DNA of 64,000 bases from an uncultured delta proteobacterium (GTDB lineage Bacteria > Desulfobacterota > Binatia > UBA9968), in contig CAVXEP010000029.1 of the NCBI GenBank assembly GCA_963760795.1, positions 416,001 through 480,000 on the forward strand, written 5' to 3'. The notes under the pieces are model-generated. The model had not been told where the DNA came from, ran no database searches, and worked only from the letters and a program-made list of their open reading frames with translations. The stretch's first letter is position 1; the number at the start of each line of letters is the position of its first letter. A program made the position numbers and the translations under genes. Shown here piece after piece: positions 10,484 through 20,217 of the stretch.

Positions 10484-10879
10484 TATTTAACTCCTCCTCC
10501 GGAAAATTGATTTGCCCAGGTTTGCGACGGCCAATTTGATAATCGCTCGCCGTCGTATAGGTGGCGAGCCAACAACAGGCTTTTAACTTGGAAATGACTG
10601 CTGATTCGCGCTTCTATAGCGCCAATAGCCGATTGTAAAGCGCCGAGAGCGGTGTGAAGCGGGCTAGTCGCTGGGACAGGTTAAAGAAAATTGCGGGTTG
10701 TGCAATTTGTTTAAAAAGCGCGCCCGGCCGCGTCTACCAGTTGAACATCCCATCCACGTGTCGGCGAATGTTGCACTGGACATGTCCACTATGCTTGGAC
10801 TAAGTTGTTTGCGGTGCGGGTTCCCGCGTGCACGCTTCGGTGTCGATCAATTCACGACGTCAATTTGAGGCCACAGTCT

Positions 10880-11881
10880 ATGACCAGAAGAGCGCTAATC
10901 ATTTTGCTGTTACTTTCACTCCGGGCGGATTTCGGCGCCGCCTACGGCCAGGCGACCAAGCTCATCGTTGCTTATGCATCTCCGGCGGCGACGTTCTGTC
11001 CCGGTTGGATCGCTCGGCGCGAGGGGATCTTCGCCAAGTACAATCTCGACGTCGAGATGGTTTTGATGCAAGGCGCGTCAGCCTATATGCCGGCGCTGGC
11101 CAACGGCAACATTCAGGTGCTTTATGGCGGCGGCACCGCGGTGTCGCGGGCGATTGCGACCAGGGATTTCGATGTCATGGTGATCGCCACCGAGACGCGC
11201 TACGTGCCGCTGCGCCTGATGGTCAATGCGTCGACGATCCGCACCCCGGCTGATTTGAAAGGCAAGCGCATCGGCGCCGGCCTCGCCGGCCTCGACGAGT
11301 ACGCGACGTTGCTTTATTTGGAAAAACTCGGCCTGGTCGTGGGAAAAGACGTGCAGATGGTCTATCTCGCCGGTGGCATTCCCAGCCGGGTGGCGGCGAT
11401 GAAGCAAGGGCTGATCGACGGCGTAGCGGTAAATCCGCCTAATGAATACGAGCTCGAAAAGGCCGGTTATCGCGAACTGGTCAACTTTCTCGATTTGAAG
11501 ATGCCCTACGCCGGCGTGCCGCACACGGTGAACCGGGCTTTTCGCGACCGCAATCGCCGGGTGCTGGAAGATTATATGACCGCTCACGTCGCCGGCATGC
11601 AATTGTTTCGCACTAATAAACAATTGGCTTTCAAAGCGATTGTAGAATTAACCCGGCAAAAAGATCCGGTGATTCTCGAGCGCACCTACGACACGTATTA
11701 TAAACAGTACGAAGCCATCGACGGTCTGCCGCTGCCATGGCAAGCCGGTATCGAGAGCATGATCACCGGCTTCCACGAACGCTTCAATCCCCAGGGCATC
11801 AAAAACCGCGATGCTTCGGGTTCTCTCGATGCGTCCTTCGTGCAGAAAGCTGCCGAGCGGCTAAAGCTCGGCAAAAAATAA
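10880..11881 (+). CDS. ABC transporter substrate-binding protein (NMT1/SsuA-like)
   Basis: Signal peptide, WIARREGIFAKYNLDVE and DLKGKRIG. Its 3' end is duplicated at 17291-17445. Confidence 0.9.
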   Translation: MTRRALIILLLLSLRADFGAAYGQATKLIVAYASPAATFCPGWIARREGIFAKYNLDVEMVLMQGASAYMPALANGNIQVLYGGGTAVSRAIATRDFDVMVIATETRYVPLRLMVNASTIRTPADLKGKRIGAGLAGLDEYATLLYLEKLGLVVGKDVQMVYLAGGIPSRVAAMKQGLIDGVAVNPPNEYELEKAGYRELVNFLDLKMPYAGVPHTVNRAFRDRNRRVLEDYMTAHVAGMQLFRTNKQLAFKAIVELTRQKDPVILERTYDTYYKQYEAIDGLPLPWQAGIESMITGFHERFNPQGIKNRDASGSLDASFVQKAAERLKLGKK

Positions 11882-12001
11882 GCCAGAACGGGCAGTAGGT
11901 CGTGCGCAAGCCGCGCAAGCATTGCGCGTTAGCAGTGCAAAGCACGCAAAAAATAACCCAGAATTTTCCGGCGACGGCTACGGCATTTACAGGAGGAGTG
12001 C

Positions 12002-13054
12002 ATGCAGCAGTTTATCAAGTCGGTGTTTTTTCCCGTCGCGCTTTGGCTCTGTGGCGCAATTGCCGCATCGGTGGCCGTGATTCTCTGCGCTTTCGTTACC
12101 GTGCAGGCGGCCTCGCCGCTAGCGAGAGCTGTCATAAGCTATCCCAACGCCAACCCTCGGGTCGCGCCGCTTTGGATCGCCCAGGATCTGGATTTCTTCA
12201 GCAAGTACGGAGTCAAGGGCGAGGTGGTATTTGTCCGCAACAACCAGTCGCTCATCGCCGGGATAGCCGCCGGCGATATCGATGTCGGATACACGGGAGG
12301 CGCCACGGTTATCGGTGCGGCGGCAGGCGGTCTGGATCTGAAAATGGTTTCGAGTTTTGCCAGCCGCGGCCGGGGCTACTTGGTCGTGCGGCCGGAGATT
12401 TCCACGCCGGCCGATTTGCGCGGTAAACGGTTCGGCGTGATCAGCATCGGCGGCGCGCAGTGGATGTACGCGATGCTCGCCCTCGAGCAGTTTGGCTTAA
12501 ATGCCGTCAAGGACCGAGTTCAGTTCCTCATTATCGGCGATCCGACGGCGTTGGCTCGCGCTTTGGAAGCAAACCTGATCGACGCGACGGTTTTCACCAC
12601 GCCGAGCTACAATGCGAAACTCAAACAACAAGGCTTGAATATGCTCGCGGAACTGACGCCGCCGCTGGCCACGACCGGCATCGTCGCGAGCAGGAGTTTC
12701 ACGCAGAAGAATCCTGAAACCCTTGAGAACATTATGAAGGCATTGATCGAGGGTCTGACCTTCGTCCTGGCTCCCGGCAACAAATCACAGGTGATCAAAA
12801 CGCTGATGAACCGTTTCAAGATCTCCGATGCGTCGCTCGTCGAGGCGGAGTACGCCGATGCCATGAAAGACCTGGAGCCCAAACCTTATCCCGCGGCCGA
12901 GGGTGTTAGAAATATGCAACGACTCATGCAAGTGCAAAATCCCCGGCTCGCCAACATTAACCCTGCGAGCCTCATCGATAGCACCTTCGTTCGCAAGCTG
13001 GATGAAAGCGGCTTCATCGGCCAGCTCCAAGCACGCTACGGGGAGCGGCGATAG
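12002..13054 (+). CDS. ABC transporter substrate-binding protein (NMT1/SsuA-like)
   Basis: AGGAGG RBS, PLWIAQDLDFFSKYG, DLRGKRFGV, KPYP and RKLDESGFI. Paralog of the gene at 9059. Confidence 0.9.
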   Translation: MQQFIKSVFFPVALWLCGAIAASVAVILCAFVTVQAASPLARAVISYPNANPRVAPLWIAQDLDFFSKYGVKGEVVFVRNNQSLIAGIAAGDIDVGYTGGATVIGAAAGGLDLKMVSSFASRGRGYLVVRPEISTPADLRGKRFGVISIGGAQWMYAMLALEQFGLNAVKDRVQFLIIGDPTALARALEANLIDATVFTTPSYNAKLKQQGLNMLAELTPPLATTGIVASRSFTQKNPETLENIMKALIEGLTFVLAPGNKSQVIKTLMNRFKISDASLVEAEYADAMKDLEPKPYPAAEGVRNMQRLMQVQNPRLANINPASLIDSTFVRKLDESGFIGQLQARYGERR

Positions 13055-13095
13055 CGACGTGGCATAACCGTAAGAACGCTCCCGAACGAGGGGAA

Positions 13096-14115
13096 CTATC
13101 GCTGATTGTAAAGCACTTCGATGAAGCCACTTGCTTCGAGTTCCTTGATGAATCGCAACTCGACAAAGTCCGTCGGGCGCGCCTCTTTGCCTCTGTCGCC
13201 GAGGGACTCCAAAACCGCCTTAATACCCTCCAAAGAAGGATATTGGTTTCGCGGCAGCTTATCGTCGCCAACCGACACATCATAGCTTTTCTCGAGCACG
13301 GCCGTGTCCTTAAAGCCGCCCATGAGCTGCGTGAAATATTTTAAGCCGGTTTTTCTGTCGCGCTTCATGACATGCACCGCTTCTACTTGGGACTTCACGT
13401 AACGGCGCACGACATCCGGGTGCTCTTTGATGAAGCGTCGAGTGGTCACGGGCGCGACATTTTGAAACGGCAACGCGCTCACGTCGGCTAAAATTCTGAA
13501 GCCTTCTTTTTCTGCGGCAAATACTGTCGGTGGGTTAAGCGATGTGGCCTGAACCCGCCCGCTGCGCAAAGCCGCCAAGCGCTCGGGCGTACCCCCGACC
13601 GCGATGATCGAAACATCTTTGGCGGGATTGAGCCCAAGCTTTCTGACGGCCAATTGCGTCGCAGTGTACGAGCCGCCGGAAAGACCCGCAGCGCCGATGG
13701 TCGCGCCTCTCAGCTGTTCGGCCGACTTTATACTTGGATGGCCCACCAGCCAGTAGTCGAGACCGACGTAACCGCCGGCGACATAAACGGCGCCTGAACC
13801 GCCGAGACTACTCTGCAGCACCGCAGGGGCCGCGGCTTGAATTAATCCCACTTCACCGGAAATAAGCGCCATCGTCGACACCGCGGCCTGAGCGCGGATG
13901 ACTGTAACGTCGAGCCCGTTCCGGGCAAATATTCCAGTCTCCTTCGCCAGAACCACCGGCAGATTGATCGGGCCCACGCCGGTATAACTGACCGTCAGTT
14001 TCACCGGCTGCGCCCGGGTCTCCGAAAGAAACAGCGTGAGGCTTAAACAGATAGAAATCGCTGCGAATAACATGGGCATCGATCTCAACGCGTTGGTCAA
14101 GGTATTACTCGCCAT
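13096..14115 (-). CDS. ABC transporter substrate-binding protein (NMT1/SsuA-like)
   Basis: LAKETGIFARNGLDV, GGTPERLAALRSGRVQA, YPSLEG and KELEASGFI. Start uncertain. Confidence 0.9.
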   Translation of the reverse strand: MASNTLTNALRSMPMLFAAISICLSLTLFLSETRAQPVKLTVSYTGVGPINLPVVLAKETGIFARNGLDVTVIRAQAAVSTMALISGEVGLIQAAAPAVLQSSLGGSGAVYVAGGYVGLDYWLVGHPSIKSAEQLRGATIGAAGLSGGSYTATQLAVRKLGLNPAKDVSIIAVGGTPERLAALRSGRVQATSLNPPTVFAAEKEGFRILADVSALPFQNVAPVTTRRFIKEHPDVVRRYVKSQVEAVHVMKRDRKTGLKYFTQLMGGFKDTAVLEKSYDVSVGDDKLPRNQYPSLEGIKAVLESLGDRGKEARPTDFVELRFIKELEASGFIEVLYNQR

Positions 14116-14454
14116 TGGTTGCCGTCCATATTTTCTCTGATCCATTCTAATAGACCAGCCCACGCTCCAGCATATCCGCACGGTCGTCCGCACTGCCAAC
14201 AGAAACGACTATGGCAAAGGTCTGCTACGCCAACACTACCTGGAGCGGCACCGGTCTGAATCAAATCGTTCGCGTGGCTCCCACTAGTTGATCCACCCCT
14301 CTGCACATTTTATGCTCTCGGAATATGGCAGGGCTGTGTTTGCGTGGCCATTAGTAGCGGGTGTCTCAGGAGGAAAATCTATGTTTCCGAGTAAACGCTG
14401 TGATTCGTTCGTCTACCGCCGGTGCAGAATTGACGGTCGAAATCTTATTGCCAG

Positions 14455-15609
14455 TTGGCTATCGCCCATTGTCTCAAACTGTCTCTGCTCCTTGTCGGAC
14501 TCGCGGGGTGTGCGTCCGGGCCGGCGCAAGGTCAGGCGCCGCGCTCGCCAACGCCAGCCTCGGTGAATGGCATCGTTCAAGTCCAGTCGATCGCCAAAGG
14601 GCTCGAACATCCCTGGAGCCTCGCCATCCTACCGGACAAGCGCATGCTTGTCACTGAACGTCGAGGGCGATTGCGCGTGGTGGGAGCGGACGGACGCGTC
14701 TCCGAACCGCTCGCCGGAATCCCACAGGTTTACGCAAGCGGGCAGGGCGGACTTCTCGACGTGGTACTGAGTCCGGGATTCGAAAAGGACCGGCTCGTCT
14801 ATTTCTCTTTCGCCGAATCCGGTGATGGCGGCGCAGCCACCGCGGTCGCCCGCGGGCGGTTCGGCGAGCGCGGGCTCGAAAACACCCAAGTGATCTGGCG
14901 GCAGCAGCCTAAGGTCGGTGGCTCGAATCACTGGGGGTCGAGAATTGTTTTTCGTCCCGACGGCACGCTGTTCGTGACTTTAGGCGAGCGGTTCAACCAT
15001 TCCGAGAGAGCCCAGGATTTATCCGCCACACTCGGCAAGGTCGTGCGTATCAACCCGGACGGCTCGGCGCCGCGCGACAATCCGTTTGTCAATCGCGACG
15101 GCGCGCGCCCGGAGATCTGGTCGTATGGGCATCGCAACGTCCAAGCGGCCGCGCTCCATCCCGAGACCGGCCAGCTCTGGACCGTGGAGCATGGCGCCCG
15201 CGGCGGCGACGAACTGAACCATCCCGAAGCGGGGAAAAATTACGGCTGGCCCGTCATCTCTTACGGTACCCACTACACTTTTTTGAAGATCGGCGAGGGC
15301 ACGGTGAAACCCGGGATGGAACAACCGGTCTACTATTGGGATCCGGTGATCGCGCCCTCTGGCATGGCGGTTTATACGGGCGATCTATTCGCCGGCTGGA
15401 AGTACAACTTTCTTATCGGCTCGCTTACTCCGGGGGGATTGGTGCGGCTGGTGATGAAGGACGGCAAAGTCGTGCAAGAAGAGCGTTACCTGGGCGATTT
15501 ACGTGAACGCATCCGCGACGTGCGCCAGGCGCCGGATGGATCACTCTATCTTCTCACCGACTCGCGCGACGGGCAGATACTGCGCATAACGCCGGCAGCC
15601 AACCGTTGA
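14455..15609 (+). CDS. PQQ-dependent sugar dehydrogenase (YliI/Asd family), probable lipoprotein
   Basis: LAGC lipobox, GLEHPWSLA, GQGGLLDV, IWSYGHRNVQ, EHGARGGDELN, IAPSG and RIRDV. Confidence 0.92.
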   Translation: MAIAHCLKLSLLLVGLAGCASGPAQGQAPRSPTPASVNGIVQVQSIAKGLEHPWSLAILPDKRMLVTERRGRLRVVGADGRVSEPLAGIPQVYASGQGGLLDVVLSPGFEKDRLVYFSFAESGDGGAATAVARGRFGERGLENTQVIWRQQPKVGGSNHWGSRIVFRPDGTLFVTLGERFNHSERAQDLSATLGKVVRINPDGSAPRDNPFVNRDGARPEIWSYGHRNVQAAALHPETGQLWTVEHGARGGDELNHPEAGKNYGWPVISYGTHYTFLKIGEGTVKPGMEQPVYYWDPVIAPSGMAVYTGDLFAGWKYNFLIGSLTPGGLVRLVMKDGKVVQEERYLGDLRERIRDVRQAPDGSLYLLTDSRDGQILRITPAANR

Positions 15610-15796
15610 GTGATAAAAAAGCAGAGAATTTTTTCTCACGTCCCGCGCGTCCGCGGTAAACATCCGATGACATGCTGTTCTTCGTGTTGATATTAGAAAC
15701 CGGGGATATTGACTGCGATGAACGCAAAGGACGAAAAAATTAAACCTCGAGCATTAAATCCAATGCGCCCCGGTCCGGACCCACACACGCCGCGGG

Positions 15797-17156
15797 TTAT
15801 TTATCGAGCGAGGCCGCCGCGTGCTCTGCCGCTCTCATGCCTAGACCCAAAGAAGCGAGCAACCCGTTGCCCGGAAGATAGCCCTCCAAACCCTTGCCGG
15901 ATACGCCGCCGGCCACTCCGCCGCCGGCGTAAAGGTTGGGGATGATCGAGCCGTCGGCGCGCAGGACTTGGCCGTCGGCGGTTACCTTCAACCCGCCTTG
16001 TGTGTGGTACAGCGCCACCGTGACTTTGATGCCATAGAAGGGTCCTTGGAGCGGTTGCGGCAGCGCGCGTCCGAAAGCGTCAGTTGCCGCCGCTTGCCGC
16101 GCTGTCGTTATACTCTTGAATGGTTCGCTTCAGGCCTTCGGCGTCGATGGCCAATCTTCCTGCGAGTTGTTCCGGCGTGTCGGCTTTGAGCAAAAGCCCC
16201 GCGTCGAAGAAGCCCGACAGGTTTCTCAGGCCCGGCGCGTTTCGATGCAGCTGGTAGATACGCTCGTCGCAGATTTCGTAGGCCCGCTTGCCGGGCAGAT
16301 CGAGCATTTTGATGCCGAGCCCGCCGGGATATCGGGTTTCATCGACGAAACGCCTGCCGCCGACGTCGACCATGATGCCGCCGGATAGAGCCACCTCGGG
16401 CGCCACCGCGCGTTTTCCCGGACCGATGTATGCGGGGTACGGCTGGAAGGCGCCCATGTTTTCCGTCACCGCGCCGATCGCCAAACCCATCTTGATGCCG
16501 TCGCCGGTGCTGCCGTGGTGACCTGGAAAAGGAATGTCCACCGCTTTGGGAATGTAGCGGGCCAACAACTCCGCGCTCGCGCCAAAGCCGCCCGAGGCGA
16601 GAATAGTTTTTCGCGCCGTGAGCACGCCATCTTTTGTCGCCACGCCCGTTACCGCGCCGCCGGTTTCCTGTTGGAGCGACAATACCGGCGTCGAGAAGCG
16701 CACCTGGATATATTTCTCCCGCTCGACTGTTTCGAAGAGAAAATCGGTGATGGTTTTATCCGCCTTCCACGAGTGCGATCGCAGCGCCCCATGACCAAAG
16801 GCAAACTCGCCGATTTGAAATTCGATGCCCGCCATATCGGTCAGAAAATCGGCCACGCGCCCGGAAGTTTCCGTGAGCCGCCTGGTCAGGACTCGATCGC
16901 TCTCGTTGTTGTTCCGGCGCAGGATATCCTCGGCGTAGAGTTCCGGACTGTCCGCGATACTCAACTCGCGCTGGCGGCGGCTGCCGGCGGCGCGGATGCC
17001 TTTGGAAGAGAAAGCGGTCCCGCCTCCCGGTTTGTCGGTCTTCTCCAACAGCAGCACCCGCACGCCCTTTTTCGCCGCCACCAGCGCGGCCATGAGACCG
17101 CACCCTCCGGCACCGATGACGAGGATATCGCTGACCACCGAATCTAATTCCTGCAT
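15797..17156 (-). CDS. FAD-dependent oxidoreductase (fumarate reductase/flavocytochrome c flavin subunit-like), with an apparent +1 frameshift near 16087
   Basis: VIGAGGCG, LASGGF and STGDG in ORF 16080-17180. The frame then continues as ATDAFGR..PFYGIKV..HTQGGL..NLYAGG..GNGL into ORF 15797-16018. Confidence 0.85.
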
Positions 17157-17290
17157 CGAACCTCCAAACAGCATAGCCACAATATTTGAAAGCCGTCCGG
17201 AATTGCAACTTGCTGCTGGATTCCAGATGAACTGACTTTAGGTTGAAGCATTCGTTTCGCGTAGACACGATACAGGAAAACGAAAATGGC

Positions 17291-17445
17291 CCGCCGCCTT
17301 GGCAAGCGGGCATCGAGGCCATGCTCACCGGCTTCCACGAGCGCTTCAATCCACAGGGCATCAGAAACCGCGATGCCTCGGCTTCTCTCGATGGGTCTTT
17401 CCTGCAGAAAGCCGCCAGTGGCTGAAGTTCGGGAAGAAGTAAGCC
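17291..17445 (+). pseudogene. Displaced 3'-end copy of SBP gene 10880-11881
   Basis: About 85% nt identity (hand count ~22 mismatches plus 1 gap in ~156 nt) to 11729-11884. Reads PWQAGIEAMLTGFHERFNPQGI..KK*. No 5' part. Confidence 0.88.
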
Positions 17446-17627
17446 GCGTTGGGTAAAGCGCGGAAGAATGCTCTAGCAACGGAAATGGTTAATCTTTGCA
17501 CTGCTCGGTGCGTATGGTTCAGGAAAGATTGTCAAGATTATTTTGTCTGCGCCCGTGCATCAGCTTGATGCCTAGGGGAGTGGACCGATTGAATCATAAA
17601 GAGAACTCCCATTAATCGCCTGAGTCG

Positions 17628-18635
17628 CTAACGGCTTTTGTAGACGTTATCGACGAACCCGGTTGAGACGATTTCCCGAATGAATCTCGAATCGACAAAA
17701 CGTTGCGGCGTGACTCCCGGGGGCAAGGGCCGGGTTGCAGAAATTTCTTCTAAAATTGTTTGGATTGCCGCCGGTGTTGCTTCTGGGACTCTCTTAAAAT
17801 ACTTCGCGGCGTAGACTTCGTAAATCTTTTCCGAGGCAGGAGTCGCTTTCTGTTTCATGTACTTCTCAAGCGTTGCCAGAGCGGCAGCCTTATCCGTCCT
17901 GAAGCGATGAATGCCTTCGATATAGGCCTTTATGAACCGGCTGATTAGATCGGGTCGGTTTTTGAGAAGCGCTTGGCGCGCCGCAAAGGGTCCCAAAGGA
18001 TAAACCAATCCCGAGGTCGAGACATCGGCTAAGCGTATGTACCCGTCCGCTTCAGCCCGAAGGGTATCGGGGCCGGTGGAGAGAACGCCGCTCTGAATCG
18101 ATCCGCCCTTCAGTACGGCGAAGATTTGCGGCACAGATCCCGCTTGAAAGATCGCAACGTCCTTGTCCGGCTGAAGTCCCCATTTTTTCAAAAGGTAGCG
18201 CGCGATAAAATCTGACGTGGTTCCCAGACGGCTCACGCCCAGCTTAGTGCCGCGCAACTGCGCCGGCTCTTTGATGGAGGAAATCGCGTAAAGTTGGAAC
18301 GGCAGCGTATCGATAGTTGCACCCAGAATAGCTAGATCTGCGCCCGATAAGTTTGCTGAAATGAGAGCGACGGCTGAGGCGAAGGCGATACTGACGTCGC
18401 CGCCGATCAGAGCCTGCGTCGAAAGCGGCCCTCCCGCGATGTAGAGGATCTCCGCGTCGATGTCATATTTCTTAAAAATGCCCGCCTCTTTGGTGAGCCA
18501 GAGGGGTCCGTATGAAATCCCGATCGAAGTGTACGCGATGCGCAACGGTTGGCCATCGGCCGCATATGCTCGTATCGGCGCGAGACCCAGAACAATCCCA
18601 GCTAAGACGAAGAAGACCCTGAGCCGGGTCTTCAT
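17628..18635 (-). CDS. ABC transporter substrate-binding protein (NMT1/SsuA-like)
   Basis: Signal peptide MKTRLRVFFVLAG, PLWLTKEAGIFKKY and LRGTKLGVSRLG. Starts just after the amidohydrolase stop. Confidence 0.9.
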   Translation of the reverse strand: MKTRLRVFFVLAGIVLGLAPIRAYAADGQPLRIAYTSIGISYGPLWLTKEAGIFKKYDIDAEILYIAGGPLSTQALIGGDVSIAFASAVALISANLSGADLAILGATIDTLPFQLYAISSIKEPAQLRGTKLGVSRLGTTSDFIARYLLKKWGLQPDKDVAIFQAGSVPQIFAVLKGGSIQSGVLSTGPDTLRAEADGYIRLADVSTSGLVYPLGPFAARQALLKNRPDLISRFIKAYIEGIHRFRTDKAAALATLEKYMKQKATPASEKIYEVYAAKYFKRVPEATPAAIQTILEEISATRPLPPGVTPQRFVDSRFIREIVSTGFVDNVYKSR

Positions 18636-18636
18636 G

Positions 18637-19641
18637 TCATTGCCAGCCATAGAAACGTTTGGCATTTTCTCCCAAGATTCTAGATTTGGCCTGCTCGGAA
18701 ATATCCTCACGGCTGCGAATGGTCTTGGTGACATTGGGGAACAACCCGTCCCAGTGGGGATAGTCGGAAGCGAAAAGAATTTTATCGTCGCCGATGCGCT
18801 CGATTACATAGGGGAGAGTTTCCTCTTCAGGCTCCGTGGCGAAAAACCAATTACCCTGTTTTAAATACTCACTTGGTTTATGCTTACACAGGGGCGCTTC
18901 GACCTTGCCTCGTTTCTCCCATTCCTCATCCATCCGTTCCATCCAATAGGGAACCCAGCCGACGCCGCATTCAAGAAAGCTCACGCGCAGCTTGGGAAAC
19001 TTCTCGGCAATGCCGCCGTACATCAAGCCGGCGAATTGAATAAAAGTCTCCACTGGCCGGCCGATGGTGTGCATAAAAATAAAACTATCAAAACGTATTT
19101 CACCAGCCGGTCCCCCGCGCCGGTTATGCACGCAGAGTGGGACGTTGAGTCGTTGCATTTCTTCATAGAGCGGCCAAAAGGTTTTCGATCCCAAGTGTTC
19201 TTTCATCCCTTGACTAGCCACTGCAATCGAGCAAAGTCCAAGCTTGGTCACCGCCCGGTTGGCCTCTTCGACGGCCACTGCTGGATCCTGAAGCGGCACC
19301 AAGGCAACGGCTCTGAGTCGCGAATTTTGCCGGCACACTTCAGCGATGAAGTCATTATAAGCGCGCGCGTATGCGATCGCGTAGTCGCGCTCGATAAGAC
19401 CGTTGACAGCAAAGCTACTGGTTGGAAACAAGACCGACACGTCAATCCCTTCTTGGTCCATGTCTCTGAGCCGTGTCGGAATGTCATTGTTTAATAAACC
19501 GCCCACCAAGCCGCCCAATCCTGTGTCCAAGCCGTCCGAAGGCAGCAGTCGACCCGCCCGCTTAGAATACGGCTCTGGTAGGTACTTGCGGATATCGGCA
19601 TCTCTCTCAACGATATGGCCGTCGGCGTCTATTATGTTCAT
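18637..19641 (-). CDS. Amidohydrolase family protein (Amidohydro_2)
   Basis: IIDADGH, AYNDF, LCVH, FLECGVGW, FASDYPHWD and GENA. Confidence 0.92.
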   Translation of the reverse strand: MNIIDADGHIVERDADIRKYLPEPYSKRAGRLLPSDGLDTGLGGLVGGLLNNDIPTRLRDMDQEGIDVSVLFPTSSFAVNGLIERDYAIAYARAYNDFIAEVCRQNSRLRAVALVPLQDPAVAVEEANRAVTKLGLCSIAVASQGMKEHLGSKTFWPLYEEMQRLNVPLCVHNRRGGPAGEIRFDSFIFMHTIGRPVETFIQFAGLMYGGIAEKFPKLRVSFLECGVGWVPYWMERMDEEWEKRGKVEAPLCKHKPSEYLKQGNWFFATEPEEETLPYVIERIGDDKILFASDYPHWDGLFPNVTKTIRSREDISEQAKSRILGENAKRFYGWQ

Positions 19642-19908
19642 TGTAAATACTCCTAATCGTTTCTTGAAGATGACTGAACGAGCGGAGCTTACTCAGAGCG
19701 CGGTACCGATGTCAATTGGGAGAAATAACGGGGTTGGGAACCTTTCGTGATGCTTCGCAGCGCTAGGAGTTTCAAGTCTTGCGATGCGACAAGGCAGCTG
19801 GCTCAAGCAACGGAAATGGAATTTGGGGTCGAGCTCGAGTGTTGACTAAGACGGCCAAGTTTTGAAGACGAAGGGTTTGTTGGGGCATGTCCCCGTTGCG
19901 ACTAGGAC

Positions 19909-20145
19909 TCAGGTGCCGCAGAAGGTGCGGTAGCAGCCTCGCCCTTCCGGTGCAGGTTCGGCGAAAGCGGCAAACTCCGGTTGTTCGTCGAAGGGGCAAG
20001 ATGGAATTTTCAGAAGCGTTTCGAGAGGCGCGTAATCGGCGCGTTCCACTGCGGCGCTCAAGGCTTCCTCTACTCGATGATTGCTCGCAATGAACGCGGG
20101 ATTGACCCGCCGCATGGCTTGTGCCTGTTCCGCGGGCGTAACCGA
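19909..20145 (-). pseudogene. Displaced 3'-end copy of selO/ydiU
   Basis: 237 nt, ungapped, 23 mismatches (~90%) versus 23359-23595. Reads MRRVNPAFIASNHRVEEAL..YRTFCGT*. Confidence 0.92.
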
Positions 20146-20217
20146 CCCTCGCCGGTGCGCCTGTTTGGCCTTCCGGCTAACAACAAAGGATCGTATTAAT
20201 GCTCAGCGAAAGCCCGT

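Larger units (their letters stand above)
17470..19819 (+). repeat. 19-bp direct repeat pair at 17470-17488 and 19801-19819 flanking an amidohydrolase-SBP module
   Basis: GCTCTAGCAACGGAAATGG versus GCTCAAGCAACGGAAATGG (18/19 identical). Confidence 0.6.

Noticed and set aside
19909-19923. Selenocysteine readthrough at the TGA ending the selO fragment (C-G-T-TGA)
   Set aside because: The Cys of TFCGT already corresponds to the Sec position of SelO, the intact gene ends in TAA at the same place, and the fragment has no 5' part.
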